Notes under the pieces: model-generated
Told to the model about the DNA's origin: nothing
Databases searched by the model: none
What the model saw: only the letters and a program-made list of their open reading frames with translations
In this document: positions 1 through 10,378 of the stretch, piece by piece
Numbering within the stretch: the stretch's first letter is position 1
Layout of the letters: every line of letters begins with the position of its first letter
Program-made: the position numbers and the translations under genes
Assembly (NCBI GenBank): GCA_964554105.1
Contig: CAZKNF010000013.1
Coordinates: 1-63,095 of the forward strand
Source: an uncultured Rhodothermales bacterium
Lineage (GTDB): Bacteria; Bacteroidota; Rhodothermia; Rhodothermales; VXPQ01
Length of the DNA stretch: 63,095 bases
Reading direction: 5' to 3'

Positions 1-2931
1 AAATTTAAAAAAGTACGGCTCTTCAAGATCTCGAAAGAGCTCAATATTGCGGTAGATACGCTGGTCCAGCATCTTCAGGATGAGGGCTACGGGTCGGCGC
101 TCACCGGCAAAGGATTGAATGCCTCGATCGTCGAAGAGGACGCCTACGATGAACTGTTGAGTGCATTCGCGGCCGATATGGCCGTGGCTACACGCGTGAA
201 GGAGAAGCGTGCCGCGCGCCGAGCCGAGGTGGGCGACGGTCGCGAGGACGATGAAGCAGAAATCGCGATCGAGGAGACGCCGACCGAGTTAAAGGCGGAT
301 GCCGAAGCTGCTCCTGCTGAGGAGGCGAAGGCCGATACGGAGGACGTAGAGGAGAAAGCGGAAGAGCCGGCCGTTGCCGCCGACGATGTCGAAGTCACCA
401 CGCCGGAGGAACCGGATGAAGCCGAGCCGGAGAAAGCAGCCGAACCTGCAGCACAAGAGGAAGAAGCGCCGCTTGAAGAAGACGTCGAACAAGAGGTTGT
501 TGCCGCTGACGAAGTAGGTCCGGACGAAGAAGCCGAGACGCTTGTTGCTGAGGAACCCGCGGCTGAGGACATTCCTGACGAGACGGTGGTTGAGGAGGCC
601 GCCGCGGAAGCTGAGGTCGAGAGCAAAGCCGCCGCCGAGGCGGAAGCGTCAGCGGAATCGGAAGCGGAAGCGGATGTCGAAGCTGAGCCCGTAGCGGAAA
701 CCGAAACGGAGGCCGAAGCAACTTCAGAAGATGAGGCCGAAGCAGATGTCGATGCCGTTGCCGAAGAGGCTGAGACTGTAGACGCACCAGTGGTCGACGA
801 GAGCCAGGTTCTGTCAGCAAAACGATATCAGCTTGCGGGAACCAAGGTGCTCGGCAGGGTGGACCTGTCGGAGATAGAGGAAGATAAGCCCAAGAAGCGG
901 AAGAGAAAGCGAAAGAGGAAGAAAAAGGCGGCGTCCACGGATGAGGGCAGCGTCAAGATATCTGATGACGCTGCTAAGTCAGGCCGGAAAAAGAAGAGCA
1001 AGCGGAAACGCGGCCCCTCGGTCGACGAGGAGGATGTCGAACAGACGCTGCAGCAAACGCTCCGCGAGCTCGAAATGGGTGCCAGCCGCGCACGTTCACG
1101 CCGCCGCCGCAGCCGCCGAGACCGGCATGCCGAGAGACGGGACCTGCAGCAGGGCGAACGTGATCAGCAGGAGAGCATCCTCCGGGTAACAGAGTTCGTC
1201 TCGACGGGCGAATTGGCCAACCTGATGGACGTTTCCGTCAATGAGGTCATTCAGACGCTGTTCAAGTCGGGGATGATCGTATCGATCAATCAACGGCTGG
1301 ACGCAGATACAATATCCTTCGTCGCCGATGAGTACGACTATGACGTCGAATTCATCACAGAATTCGGCACGGATGACATTGTCATCCAGCCGGACAGCCC
1401 CGACGATCTTCAGGCGCGAGCTCCGATTGTCACGGTCATGGGTCACGTCGATCACGGAAAAACGTCGCTGCTCGATTATATCCGTCGCGCCAACGTGGTG
1501 GCAGGTGAAGCCGGAGGAATAACGCAGCACATCGGAGCCTATCGCGTCGAAGTATCCGAAGGACGTGAGATCACGTTTTTAGATACGCCGGGCCACGAAG
1601 CGTTTACCGCTATGCGTGCACGCGGCGCGAAAGTAACCGACGTCGTGATCCTCGTCGTGGCTGCCGACGATGCGGTAATGCCGCAGACGGTCGAGGCCAT
1701 CAATCACGCTCGAGCCGCCGAAGTGCCGATGCTGGTCGCAATCAACAAGATCGACAAGCCCGATTCCAATCCGGAAAGGGTTATGCAGCAGCTTGCGGAC
1801 CAGAACGTGCTCGTCGAGCAGTATGGTGGGAAGATTCAGCATGCGCTCGTATCTGCGATGACGGGCGAAGGGATCGACGACCTCCTCGAGAAGGTGCTGC
1901 TTGAAGCGGAGCTTCTCGAAGTCCAGGCGAACCCAAACCGAAATGCAGATGGCGTCGTTATCGAAGCCCGCCTCGAGAAAGGTCGCGGCAATATTGCCAC
2001 GGTGCTCGTTCGAAACGGCTCGCTGAGGGTCGGTCAGCCGTTTATTGCCGGTATTCACAGTGGGCGTGTTCGCGCGATGTTCGACGAACGCGACAACAGA
2101 ATCGACGAGGCCGGTCCTTCGCAGCCAGCGCTTGTTCTCGGGTTTGACGGTGCACCTGAAGCGGGTGACCAGTTTATCGTTCTCGATGATGAGAAAGAAG
2201 TTAAAGAGATTTCGGCGCGGCGGCAGCAGATCCATCGCGAACAGGCGCTGCGTCAGAAAAAGCATATCACACTCGACGAAATCGGAAGGCGTCTCGCGCT
2301 CGGCGATTTCCAGGAGCTTAACCTTATCATCAAGGGAGACGTAGGCGGCTCGGTAGAGGCACTCGCTGACTCGCTGCAAAAGCTGAGCACCGAAGAAGTG
2401 GCCCTCAGCATCATTCACCGTGGCGTGGGCGCCATCACGGAAAGTGACGTGATGCTCGCCTCAGCCTCGGATGCCGTTATCATCGGCTTCCAGGTGCGTC
2501 CCGATCCGGGTGCGCGGCAGCTTGCCGAGCGTGAAGAGATCGATATCCGAATGTACTCCGTTATCTATGATGCGATCGAGGATGTCCGCGACGCACTAGA
2601 GGGGCTACTTTCACCGGAAGAGAAAGAAATTGTCCTGGGTACAGCGGAAGTCCGCGACATCTTCAAGGTGCCGAAGGTCGGTACCGTGGCCGGATGTTAT
2701 GTGGTCGAAGGCAAGATTCGTCGCAACGACGATATTCGCGTGATACGAGACGGCGTCGTGATCTACGATGGTGATATCTCTTCGTTGAAACGCTTCAAAG
2801 ATGACGTGCGCGAGGTTCAGAATGGATACGAATGCGGTATCTCAGTGGAGAACTTCAACGACATCAAGGTCGGCGATCATCTCGAAGGCTACGAAATCGT
2901 CGAAGAGAGACGTACACTGGAGTTGCAGTAA
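1..2931 (+). CDS. infB: Translation initiation factor IF-2 (5' partial; frame open from base 1)
   Basis: Frame 1 reads [21 protein letters not shown] from the window edge (IF2 N-terminal domain). GTPase motifs [14 protein letters not shown] and NKID; C-terminal [16 protein letters not shown]. Followed by rbfA-truB. Confidence 0.98.
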   Translation, partial: KFKKVRLFKISKELNIAVDTLVQHLQDEGYGSALTGKGLNASIVEEDAYDELLSAFAADMAVATRVKEKRAARRAEVGDGREDDEAEIAIEETPTELKADAEAAPAEEAKADTEDVEEKAEEPAVAADDVEVTTPEEPDEAEPEKAAEPAAQEEEAPLEEDVEQEVVAADEVGPDEEAETLVAEEPAAEDIPDETVVEEAAAEAEVESKAAAEAEASAESEAEADVEAEPVAETETEAEATSEDEAEADVDAVAEEAETVDAPVVDESQVLSAKRYQLAGTKVLGRVDLSEIEEDKPKKRKRKRKRKKKAASTDEGSVKISDDAAKSGRKKKSKRKRGPSVDEEDVEQTLQQTLRELEMGASRARSRRRRSRRDRHAERRDLQQGERDQQESILRVTEFVSTGELANLMDVSVNEVIQTLFKSGMIVSINQRLDADTISFVADEYDYDVEFITEFGTDDIVIQPDSPDDLQARAPIVTVMGHVDHGKTSLLDYIRRANVVAGEAGGITQHIGAYRVEVSEGREITFLDTPGHEAFTAMRARGAKVTDVVILVVAADDAVMPQTVEAINHARAAEVPMLVAINKIDKPDSNPERVMQQLADQNVLVEQYGGKIQHALVSAMTGEGIDDLLEKVLLEAELLEVQANPNRNADGVVIEARLEKGRGNIATVLVRNGSLRVGQPFIAGIHSGRVRAMFDERDNRIDEAGPSQPALVLGFDGAPEAGDQFIVLDDEKEVKEISARRQQIHREQALRQKKHITLDEIGRRLALGDFQELNLIIKGDVGGSVEALADSLQKLSTEEVALSIIHRGVGAITESDVMLASASDAVIIGFQVRPDPGARQLAEREEIDIRMYSVIYDAIEDVRDALEGLLSPEEKEIVLGTAEVRDIFKVPKVGTVAGCYVVEGKIRRNDDIRVIRDGVVIYDGDISSLKRFKDDVREVQNGYECGISVENFNDIKVGDHLEGYEIVEERRTLELQ

Positions 2932-3041
2932 CTCGGGCCGACCTGAGCCTAACTTTGTAGCGTCGCCAGACTGACCCGTCGGGCCCGTCAGTTTCCGATA
3001 GCCTGCCACTCGTATTTTACGCCTATCCCGAACGTTGTCTC

Positions 3042-3416
3042 ATGAGTTTGCGAACCGCGCGTGTTTCAAAGCTGCTGCAGCGGGAGATAGCGGATATTCT
3101 CCAGACAGAATTTGCAGGACAGCTTCCTACGTTGGTCACGGTCACGAATGTGCGGGTGACGAAAGATCTTTCGATAGCTTATGTGGATGTAAGCGTCTAT
3201 GGAGAAGAGCTGACGCAGCGCCAATCTGCGTTCCGCCACCTAGACGATCTGACGGTTCAAATTCGTTCGTCGCTGGCAGACAGAATTCGCCACCAACTCC
3301 GAATCATTCCAGAGCTACGCTTCTTCCTCGATGAATCCATTCACGAAGCGAAGAAGATGGACGACTTGTTCGACCGGATACGGGCGGAACGCGAAAGAAG
3401 ACAAGCGGATTCTTGA
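3042..3416 (+). CDS. rbfA: Ribosome-binding factor A
   Basis: RTARVSKLLQREIA, VTNVRVTKDLSIAYV, LRIIPELRFFLDES; directly after infB. Confidence 0.96.
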   Translation: MSLRTARVSKLLQREIADILQTEFAGQLPTLVTVTNVRVTKDLSIAYVDVSVYGEELTQRQSAFRHLDDLTVQIRSSLADRIRHQLRIIPELRFFLDESIHEAKKMDDLFDRIRAERERRQADS

Positions 3417-3427
3417 ACGAAGGCCGT

Positions 3428-4168
3428 ATGGGCAGCAATCATATCCGAGATATCGCACTCGATGACGTCGTCTGCGGCCCGCCCGTGCTTCCCGAATCGT
3501 TCGAACGGATCGTTCTCCCGATCGACAAACCATCAGGATGGACGTCCTTCGACGTTCTGAGACGACTCAGGCGCGTTCTGAGTATCCGGAAGATGGGGCA
3601 CGCCGGTACGCTTGATCCCATCGCCACAGGTCTGCTCATCGTCCTTGTCGGACGCGCCACGAAGCTCCAGGACCGGTTTATGAATCTCGGCAAGGAGTAC
3701 GAAGGCGTACTTCGGCTGGGCGAAGTCACGGCATCGTTCGATGCTGAAACGGAGGTGGAGGAGCGGTTCGATTGGACGGCGGTCACTGACGAGGATCTCG
3801 ATAGGGCGCGACGGACGTTCGTCGGGTCCATCACTCAGCACACACCAGTGTATTCAGCCGTGAAGGTTGGTGGTGAAAGGCTCTATAAGAAAGCCCGGCG
3901 TGGTGAAGACGTCGTGACGCCCGTACGAATGGTGACGATCGATGAATTTACGCTGACGGGTCGTCGGGGCTCGGACGTTGCGTTCAAGGTGCGGTGTTCG
4001 AAGGGCACGTACATTCGAAGTCTCGCACATGAGTTCGGACAGGCCGTTGGCGTGGGAGCCCACCTAGTGGATCTTCGACGAACGGCGATCGGAAAGTTTT
4101 CTATTTACAACGCGTGGCAGATTCCCGAGATCGAATCCGCCGTCTCGAACTCCGTTGAGAACAGCTAA
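3428..4168 (+). CDS. truB: tRNA pseudouridine(55) synthase TruB (alternative TTG start 3413)
   Basis: DKPSGWTS, GHAGTLDP (catalytic Asp), YSAVKVGGERLY, CSKGTYIRSL. Confidence 0.96.
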   Translation: MGSNHIRDIALDDVVCGPPVLPESFERIVLPIDKPSGWTSFDVLRRLRRVLSIRKMGHAGTLDPIATGLLIVLVGRATKLQDRFMNLGKEYEGVLRLGEVTASFDAETEVEERFDWTAVTDEDLDRARRTFVGSITQHTPVYSAVKVGGERLYKKARRGEDVVTPVRMVTIDEFTLTGRRGSDVAFKVRCSKGTYIRSLAHEFGQAVGVGAHLVDLRRTAIGKFSIYNAWQIPEIESAVSNSVENS

Positions 4169-4183
4169 GACGCAACGCCCCGG

Positions 4184-5140
4184 ATGAAGCGACAGTACGG
4201 TCTCGACCAAATCGAGAGAGATGCGTCCTCGGTCGTCACCGTCGGCACATTCGACGGCGTGCACGTCGGGCACCGCGCCATCATTCGCTATCTCGTTCGG
4301 CGGGCAAGTGAGCGCGAAGGGACCAGCGCGGTCGTCAGTTTCGATCCACATCCGCGTGAAATCGTTCATGGAGACGAGATACCGCTCTTGACGACTGTCG
4401 AGGAGCGCGCCGAGCTAATCGAGCAGCTCGGAATCGACCGCTTTGTCGTGATTCCTTTTACATTGGAGTTTTCGACCCTCCAGGCAGAAGACTTCGTACG
4501 CGATATTCTTGTTCAACGGATCGGGCTGCGAGAAATCGTCATCGGCTACGACCACGCATTCGGCCGAAATCGCCGCGGTGATGCTGATCTGTTAGGAGAG
4601 CTCGGGCAGATACATGGATTTGCCGTGGATGTCATTCCACCTCAAGTGGTCGAAAAACACGTTGTCTCATCAACAGAGATTCGCGACGCTCTGGTCGGGA
4701 CCGGAGACGTTCGACGTGCCCGAGAACTACTCGGACGAAACTACAGTCTCTCAGGCAACGTCGTCGAGGGCGACGGACGAGGAAGACAGATCGGCTTTCC
4801 CACCGCGAATCTCACGGTCGATCATCCGCGAAAGGTGATACCCGCTATTGGTGTCTATGCCGTACGAGTTTACGTTCCGCCTGAGAACGAGCGACCACGA
4901 TCTGCGAGAACATACAGCGGAATGATGAACATTGGACGGCGTCCCACTTTTGATAATGGAGAAGTTCTTCTCGAGGTTCATCTACTGGATTTCGATGGCG
5001 ACCTGTATGGCCGACATCTTCGCGTAGAATTCGTTGAGAAGATGCGCGATGAACGCAAGTTTGATTCGGTAGAGGCGCTTACCGAGCAACTTTCTCGAGA
5101 TCGGCTGCGTTGTATCCAACTGCTCGGCGCGGTCAGCTAG
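4184..5140 (+). CDS. ribF: Bifunctional riboflavin kinase / FAD synthetase
   Basis: GTFDGVHVGH, FDPHP, VSSTEIR, GRQIGFPTAN, LEVHLLDFDGDLYG. Confidence 0.97.
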   Translation: MKRQYGLDQIERDASSVVTVGTFDGVHVGHRAIIRYLVRRASEREGTSAVVSFDPHPREIVHGDEIPLLTTVEERAELIEQLGIDRFVVIPFTLEFSTLQAEDFVRDILVQRIGLREIVIGYDHAFGRNRRGDADLLGELGQIHGFAVDVIPPQVVEKHVVSSTEIRDALVGTGDVRRARELLGRNYSLSGNVVEGDGRGRQIGFPTANLTVDHPRKVIPAIGVYAVRVYVPPENERPRSARTYSGMMNIGRRPTFDNGEVLLEVHLLDFDGDLYGRHLRVEFVEKMRDERKFDSVEALTEQLSRDRLRCIQLLGAVS

Positions 5141-5206
5141 GTGGATTGTGCTATGCACTGGTTCAATCCGGCAGATCGTCAAGTTTCAGCATCCATGTTT
5201 CAATCA

Positions 5207-5317
5207 TCAGGTTACTTGGATCGAGCAATTGAAGCGCAAGAACGTGGAACCTGAAACGCGTAATCTGGAGTCGCCCCTGTTCTTCTTTACGATGGTATAA
5301 TCTAAAGAGGATCTAAC
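5207..5317 (+). promoter_or_regulatory. Candidate structured rpsO 5' leader (possible S15 autoregulatory RNA)
   Basis: TCAGGTT (5207-5213) can pair with AACCTGA (5248-5254); alternatively CAGGTTAC (5208-5215) can pair with GTAATCTG (5260-5267). Lies directly upstream of rpsO, where S15 leaders occur in many phyla. Confidence 0.35.
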
Positions 5318-5584
5318 ATGATCACAAAGGACGGTAAGCAAGAGCTGGTAGAGAAGTTCGGTAAGGACGGTAGCGATACTGGTGCGCCGGAGGTTCAGAT
5401 CGCCATCTTCTCTACTCGCATTAACGAGCTGACGGAGCATTTAAAGAATCATCCTAAAGACCATTCGACGAGGCGAGGGCTGCTTAAGCTCGTCGGTAAA
5501 CGACGACGCCTGTTGAATTATCTGATGGATCGGCACATCGATCGATATCGGTCCATCATCGCGGAACTGGGAATTCGAAAATAG
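5318..5584 (+). CDS. rpsO: 30S ribosomal protein S15
   Basis: [39 protein letters not shown]. Confidence 0.99.
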   Translation: MITKDGKQELVEKFGKDGSDTGAPEVQIAIFSTRINELTEHLKNHPKDHSTRRGLLKLVGKRRRLLNYLMDRHIDRYRSIIAELGIRK

Positions 5585-5601
5585 TGTTGATCGAACGCCG
5601 T

Positions 5602-5639
5602 ACGGCATCCTCCGATTCAGAGGATGCCGTTGCGTTATT
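5602..5639 (+). terminator. Hairpin after rpsO (probable weak intrinsic terminator or processing stem)
   Basis: Perfect 11-bp stem ACGGCATCCTC (5602-5612) / GAGGATGCCGT (5620-5630) with a 7-nt loop; interrupted U-tail TGCGTTATT. Confidence 0.6.
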
Positions 5640-5759
5640 GTAGGTACCCCTCGCATTCACCTTCGCGTTTTTTCAGCATCCCTGGAATGACGCTGCGCAG
5701 TATGCTGATGTGTAGAACGAAGAAATCACGTAGTCAATTGTACTGAGAAAGAGAGCGAA

Positions 5760-8027
5760 ATGTCAGAAGCAAAAGTTCAGAAGATCGAGATTGCACCCGG
5801 CAAGACGGTGTCGCTGGAAACAGGACGTCTTGCAAAACAGGCCGGAGGTTCGGTCGTCGTCCGCCAGGGTGATACTATGGTGCTTTGCACGGCCGTCATG
5901 TCTAAGGACGTACGATCAGAGCAAAGTTTTTTCCCCCTGACGGTCGACTATCGAGAGAAGTTTTCGGCAGGTGGTAAGATTCCAGGCGGATTTATCAAAC
6001 GCGAGGGGCGTCCCACCGATAAAGAAACCCTCTCTTCAAGACTGATCGATCGGGCCATCCGCCCGCTCTTTCCCGACGGGTTTTTCCACGAAACCCAGAT
6101 TATTGCCTTCGTCCTCTCGGCCGACGACGAATATGATGCCGACGTGCTCGCTGGGCTCGGTGCATCGGCTGCCTTGCTGCTTGCAGGAGCGCCGTTCGAC
6201 GGGCCCATCGCCGAGGTGCGTATAGGACGCGCCGACGGGGAGTTTGTCGTTAATCCGACGATGGAGGAGACAGAACAATCAGACATCGACCTGATCGTGG
6301 CCGGCAAGGAAGATGCCATCGTGATGGTGGAAGGCGAAATGAAGGAACTCTCCGAGGAGGATCTTCTGGAAGCCCTTGACGTCGCGCATGCGGCGATTCA
6401 GAAGATGTGTCGGGCACAGCACGATCTCGTCAACGCGGTCGGACAACCCAAACCTTTCGAGTCGAAGCTGATAACGCTGCCCGACGGCATTTTGGATCGC
6501 GTCCGCGACTTACTGCGCGGCCGCATTAAGGAGCATCTGCTGCTGCCTTACGACAAGGAGACGTTTTATGACGGCATCCGCGACATTAAGGAAGCGGTGG
6601 TAAGTGAGCTGCTCGGTGAAGATAATCCTGACCTCGGACAGATCAGAGCGGAGGCGACCGAGGAGGGCTACACCGAGAAGCAGATTCGCCAGGCGGTAGG
6701 CGTGATCGAGAAGCAGGAGATGCGCGAAATGATCCTGAGCGAAAAAAAGCGCCTCGACGGCCGTGGTCTCGACGACATCCGCGATATCTGGGTAGAGGTG
6801 GGATACCTTCCGCGCGTCCATGGCTCCGCCATTTTCACGCGCGGCGAGACGCAGGTGCTCGCGTCCGTTACGCTCGGAACCGGTCGCGATGTTCAGGCCG
6901 TCGATCAGGTATTCGATACGGAGGATAAGCGATTCTATCTGCATTATCTATTTCCGCCGTTTTCGGTCGGTGAAGCGAGATTCCTCCGCGGCGCGAGCCG
7001 CAGGGAAGTCGGTCACGGCATGCTGGCGGAGCGGGCGCTCTCGTCGGTTCTTCCAGATCACGAGGACTTCCCTTACACGATTCGGCTAAACGCCGACGTG
7101 CTCGAGTCGAATGGCTCATCCTCGATGGCGTCTGTGTGCTCCGGTTCGCTTGCTATGATGGATGCGGGCGTTCCTCTTAAGAAGCCCGTCGCCGGCATCG
7201 CAATGGGTCTTATCAAGGAGGGTGATCGGACGGCCGTGCTGACCGACATCCTTGGCACCGAAGACCATCTTGGTGACCTGGATTTCAAACTGACCGGTAC
7301 GCGCGACGGAATCACCGCATGTCAGATGGATATGAAAATCGCGGGGCTGACGAGGGATTTGCTTCGAACCGCCCTCGACCGTGCCCGCGATGCCAGGGAA
7401 CACATTCTGGATATCATGGATCGGACACTCTCCGAGTCGAGAACAGAGCTCTCTTCGTTCGCACCTCGTCTTACGCAGCTTGCAATCGACGCCGAGTTCA
7501 TCGGTGCCGTCATTGGTCCTGGTGGAAAGATCATTCAGGGAATTCAGCGCGATACGAATACGTCAGTCGAAATCGAGGAGCGCGACGGAAAGGGCTACAT
7601 TACGATCGCGGCGACGAATCAGGCAGATGCGGAGGCCGCCATCGCCATCCTGAAGGGCATTGTGACCGTTCCCGAAGCCGGAGAGGTCTATGACGGCACT
7701 GTCAAGAACATCCAGAGCTTCGGAGCTATAATCGAAATACTTCCAGGCAAGGAAGGCCTGCTGCATATCTCTGAGCTCGATCACGGATACGTCGAGCGCG
7801 TAGAGGATTACCTGCAGGTCGGTGATAAGGTCAAAGTCCAGCTTATCGAGGTTCGTGACGACGGCAGGCTTCGCTTAAGTCGTAAACCGTTCCTTCCTGC
7901 GCCGGAGAATGGCCAGGGTGAAAGCCGCGGAGGTCGTGACGGCGGAAGCGGCGGCGGAGGCGGTAGTCGACGCGGCGGCGGAGGCGGTGGTCGCGGACGT
8001 GACGGTAACCGAGGCGGCCGCCAATAG
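5760..8027 (+). CDS. pnp: Polyribonucleotide nucleotidyltransferase (PNPase)
   Basis: FFPLTVDYRE, GKIPGGFIKREGRP, RREVGHG, ESNGSSSMASVC, TDILGTEDHLGDLDFK, KH domain (IGPGGK) and S1 domain. Confidence 0.99.
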   Translation: MSEAKVQKIEIAPGKTVSLETGRLAKQAGGSVVVRQGDTMVLCTAVMSKDVRSEQSFFPLTVDYREKFSAGGKIPGGFIKREGRPTDKETLSSRLIDRAIRPLFPDGFFHETQIIAFVLSADDEYDADVLAGLGASAALLLAGAPFDGPIAEVRIGRADGEFVVNPTMEETEQSDIDLIVAGKEDAIVMVEGEMKELSEEDLLEALDVAHAAIQKMCRAQHDLVNAVGQPKPFESKLITLPDGILDRVRDLLRGRIKEHLLLPYDKETFYDGIRDIKEAVVSELLGEDNPDLGQIRAEATEEGYTEKQIRQAVGVIEKQEMREMILSEKKRLDGRGLDDIRDIWVEVGYLPRVHGSAIFTRGETQVLASVTLGTGRDVQAVDQVFDTEDKRFYLHYLFPPFSVGEARFLRGASRREVGHGMLAERALSSVLPDHEDFPYTIRLNADVLESNGSSSMASVCSGSLAMMDAGVPLKKPVAGIAMGLIKEGDRTAVLTDILGTEDHLGDLDFKLTGTRDGITACQMDMKIAGLTRDLLRTALDRARDAREHILDIMDRTLSESRTELSSFAPRLTQLAIDAEFIGAVIGPGGKIIQGIQRDTNTSVEIEERDGKGYITIAATNQADAEAAIAILKGIVTVPEAGEVYDGTVKNIQSFGAIIEILPGKEGLLHISELDHGYVERVEDYLQVGDKVKVQLIEVRDDGRLRLSRKPFLPAPENGQGESRGGRDGGSGGGGGSRRGGGGGGRGRDGNRGGRQ

Positions 8028-8059
8028 GCCACATCGGATGCGTTCAGTCTTTGAGCGCT

Positions 8060-8140
8060 GAGGATCGAAGATCGAGAAGAGTGGATCGAGAGCGCATCAC
8101 CGAATCGCACTCGATCTTCGGCTCTCGACCTTCGATCCTC
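8060..8140. repeat. 81-bp imperfect inverted repeat made of heptamer units
   Basis: Left arm GAGGATC GAAGATC GAGAAGA GTGGATC GAGAGCG; 11-nt loop; right arm CGCACTC GATCTTC GGCTCTC GACCTTC GATCCTC; followed by GTTTTAT. Confidence 0.8.
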
Positions 8141-8147
8141 GTTTTAT

Positions 8148-9419
8148 ATGCCTGATATGGAGTCTGTGAGTAAGTCAAGCAATACATATCCTCATTTCCA
8201 GAAGAGTACGCTGGACAATGGCGTCCGAGTGATCAGTGAAACGATCCCATCGGTACGGTCGATCTCTGTCGGTGTGTGGGTCTTCACTGGTAGCCGGGAC
8301 GAGAATTTCGATGAAAGCGGCATCAGCCATTTTATCGAGCATATGGTGTTTAAAGGCACTAAGAAGCGCCGAATGCACCATATCGCACAGAGGATGGAAG
8401 CCGTAGGCGGATACCTCAATGCATTCACGAGCAAGGAGTACACCTGCTATTACGCCCGTTCTCTCGACGAACACCTTGACCGCGCGATCGACACCGTCTG
8501 TGATCTCATTCTGTCTCCGAACTTTCCGGAAAAGGACTTAGAGAGGGAGAAGGATGTCGTCCTCGAAGAGATGAAGATGTATGAGGATAATCCGGAAGAC
8601 CTGATCTTCGATAGATTTGAATCCGTCATCTACGATCAACACGAACTCGGCCGACCGATCATCGGATTGCCGGAAACGGTTACCTCGTTCTCGCGAAATC
8701 AACTGTTTGAGTATTTGGATCGGCAGTATGCTCCCAACGCCATCGTCCTGGCTGTCGCAGGAAATGCCGAGCATGCGGACGTAGTTCGGTTCGCCAGAAA
8801 GGCATTCGCCTCGGACCGCGAAACCGGGCGGCCGAGCCCGCGGGTGCCGGTAAACGGCTATATACCGCGACAGGTGGAAGAAGAACGACCCATTCAACAG
8901 GCGCATCTCGTCGTCGGAACGCGCGGTATAGACATCTATGACGACGATCGGGTGGCGCTCAGCGTGCTCAACACGATTCTTGGAGGCGGCATGTCCAGCC
9001 GCTTGAATCAGAATATTCGCGAAAAGTACGGATACTGCTACAGCGTGTATTCATTCCTCAATATGCACTCGGACACCGGGGACTTCGGCGTGTATATGGG
9101 TACGGATGCGCACAAGATCGAACGAGCGAAGAACCTTATCTTCAAGGAGCTTGAAAAGCTTGCGGATAAGCCGGTGAGCGGCCGTACACTCAGCCAGGCA
9201 AAGAGCCAGGTCAAGGGCTCGGTAATGCTGGGGCTGGAAAGTATGAGCAACCGAATGATGCGAATCGGACGCCAAGAGCTCTATTTCAAACGTTACATAA
9301 CGCTCGACGAGATCACTGAGGATGTCGAAAGAGTAACTGCTGACGACGTGCGGCGTGTCGCGAAAATGCTTTTTGATCGACAAGATTTCTCAAGCGTCGT
9401 ATTAGTGCCGAAAGACTGA
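8148..9419 (+). CDS. M16 family (pitrilysin-like) zinc peptidase
   Basis: Inverted zinc motif HFIEH, LNAFTSKEYTCYY, GGGMSSRL; the pnp-M16 adjacency is common. Confidence 0.95.
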   Translation: MPDMESVSKSSNTYPHFQKSTLDNGVRVISETIPSVRSISVGVWVFTGSRDENFDESGISHFIEHMVFKGTKKRRMHHIAQRMEAVGGYLNAFTSKEYTCYYARSLDEHLDRAIDTVCDLILSPNFPEKDLEREKDVVLEEMKMYEDNPEDLIFDRFESVIYDQHELGRPIIGLPETVTSFSRNQLFEYLDRQYAPNAIVLAVAGNAEHADVVRFARKAFASDRETGRPSPRVPVNGYIPRQVEEERPIQQAHLVVGTRGIDIYDDDRVALSVLNTILGGGMSSRLNQNIREKYGYCYSVYSFLNMHSDTGDFGVYMGTDAHKIERAKNLIFKELEKLADKPVSGRTLSQAKSQVKGSVMLGLESMSNRMMRIGRQELYFKRYITLDEITEDVERVTADDVRRVAKMLFDRQDFSSVVLVPKD

Positions 9420-9449
9420 ACAGATCGTCCGCCATCAGACCCAACTGAA

Positions 9450-10373
9450 ATGAAGATTCTCGTTAGCGGAGGTGCCGGTTTTATCGGCTCACACGTCGCC
9501 GATGCGCTGTTGGCAAATGATCATTCCGTCCACGTACTGGATAATCTGTCGGGTGGAAGGAGGGAGAACGTGCCGGAGCAGGCCGTTTTTCACGAGCTTG
9601 ATATCCGTGAGGACAAGGTGCACGCGCTTTTCGAACGAGAACGATACGATGTGCTCGTCCATCATGCGGCACAGATGGATGTGCGCCGTTCAGTAGCAGA
9701 TCCGAAGTTCGACGCCGACGTCAATGTTGTCGGTTTCTTAAATCTGATGGAAGCCGGGAAGAAGCACGGTCTCCAAAAAGTCGTGTTTGCCTCGACCGGG
9801 GGCGCAATCTACGGCGAGCCGGAATACACTCCGCAGGACGAGTCGCACCCACTTAGACCCCTGTCGCCTTACGGCATCACGAAGCTCTGCACCGAACGTT
9901 ATCTCTACTACTACGATCAGGAATACGGCATCTCGCACGTTGCCCTCCGGTACGCGAACGTATATGGACCGAGACAGAATCCGCACGGGGAGGCGGGCGT
10001 GGTAGCGATCTTTACGGAACGGATGCTCGACGAAAGTCAGCCTGTTATCTACGGTGACGGCGAGCAAACGCGCGACTATGTCTTCGTCGGGGACGTGGTA
10101 CACGCAAATGTACGGGCGCTTGACTACGAGCAGTCCGGCACGTTCAACGTTGGTACGTCGGTTGAGACGAATGTGAACGAACTCTTCCGGGCCATCCGAT
10201 TGCACATTGATGAATCGATAGACGAAGTGCACGAGAAGGGCCGACCTGGGGAGCAGCGTAGAAGTGTGCTCGACTATTCATACTCGAAACGTGAATTGGG
10301 TTGGTCGCCCGAGGTAGAGCTCGACGATGGCCTCGCAGAAACAGTCGATTGGTTTCGGTCCAGGAAGTCGTAA
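9450..10373 (+). CDS. NAD-dependent epimerase/dehydratase (UDP-glucose 4-epimerase-like)
   Basis: GGAGFIG, STGGAIYG, YGITK (YxxxK), NVYGPRQ. Confidence 0.93.
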   Translation: MKILVSGGAGFIGSHVADALLANDHSVHVLDNLSGGRRENVPEQAVFHELDIREDKVHALFERERYDVLVHHAAQMDVRRSVADPKFDADVNVVGFLNLMEAGKKHGLQKVVFASTGGAIYGEPEYTPQDESHPLRPLSPYGITKLCTERYLYYYDQEYGISHVALRYANVYGPRQNPHGEAGVVAIFTERMLDESQPVIYGDGEQTRDYVFVGDVVHANVRALDYEQSGTFNVGTSVETNVNELFRAIRLHIDESIDEVHEKGRPGEQRRSVLDYSYSKRELGWSPEVELDDGLAETVDWFRSRKS

Positions 10374-10378
10374 GAGCG

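Noticed and set aside
144-2418. Long antisense ORFs within infB (144-626, 1096-1530, 1579-2418)
   Set aside because: Shadow ORFs of a strongly supported gene in GC-rich DNA; no motifs.
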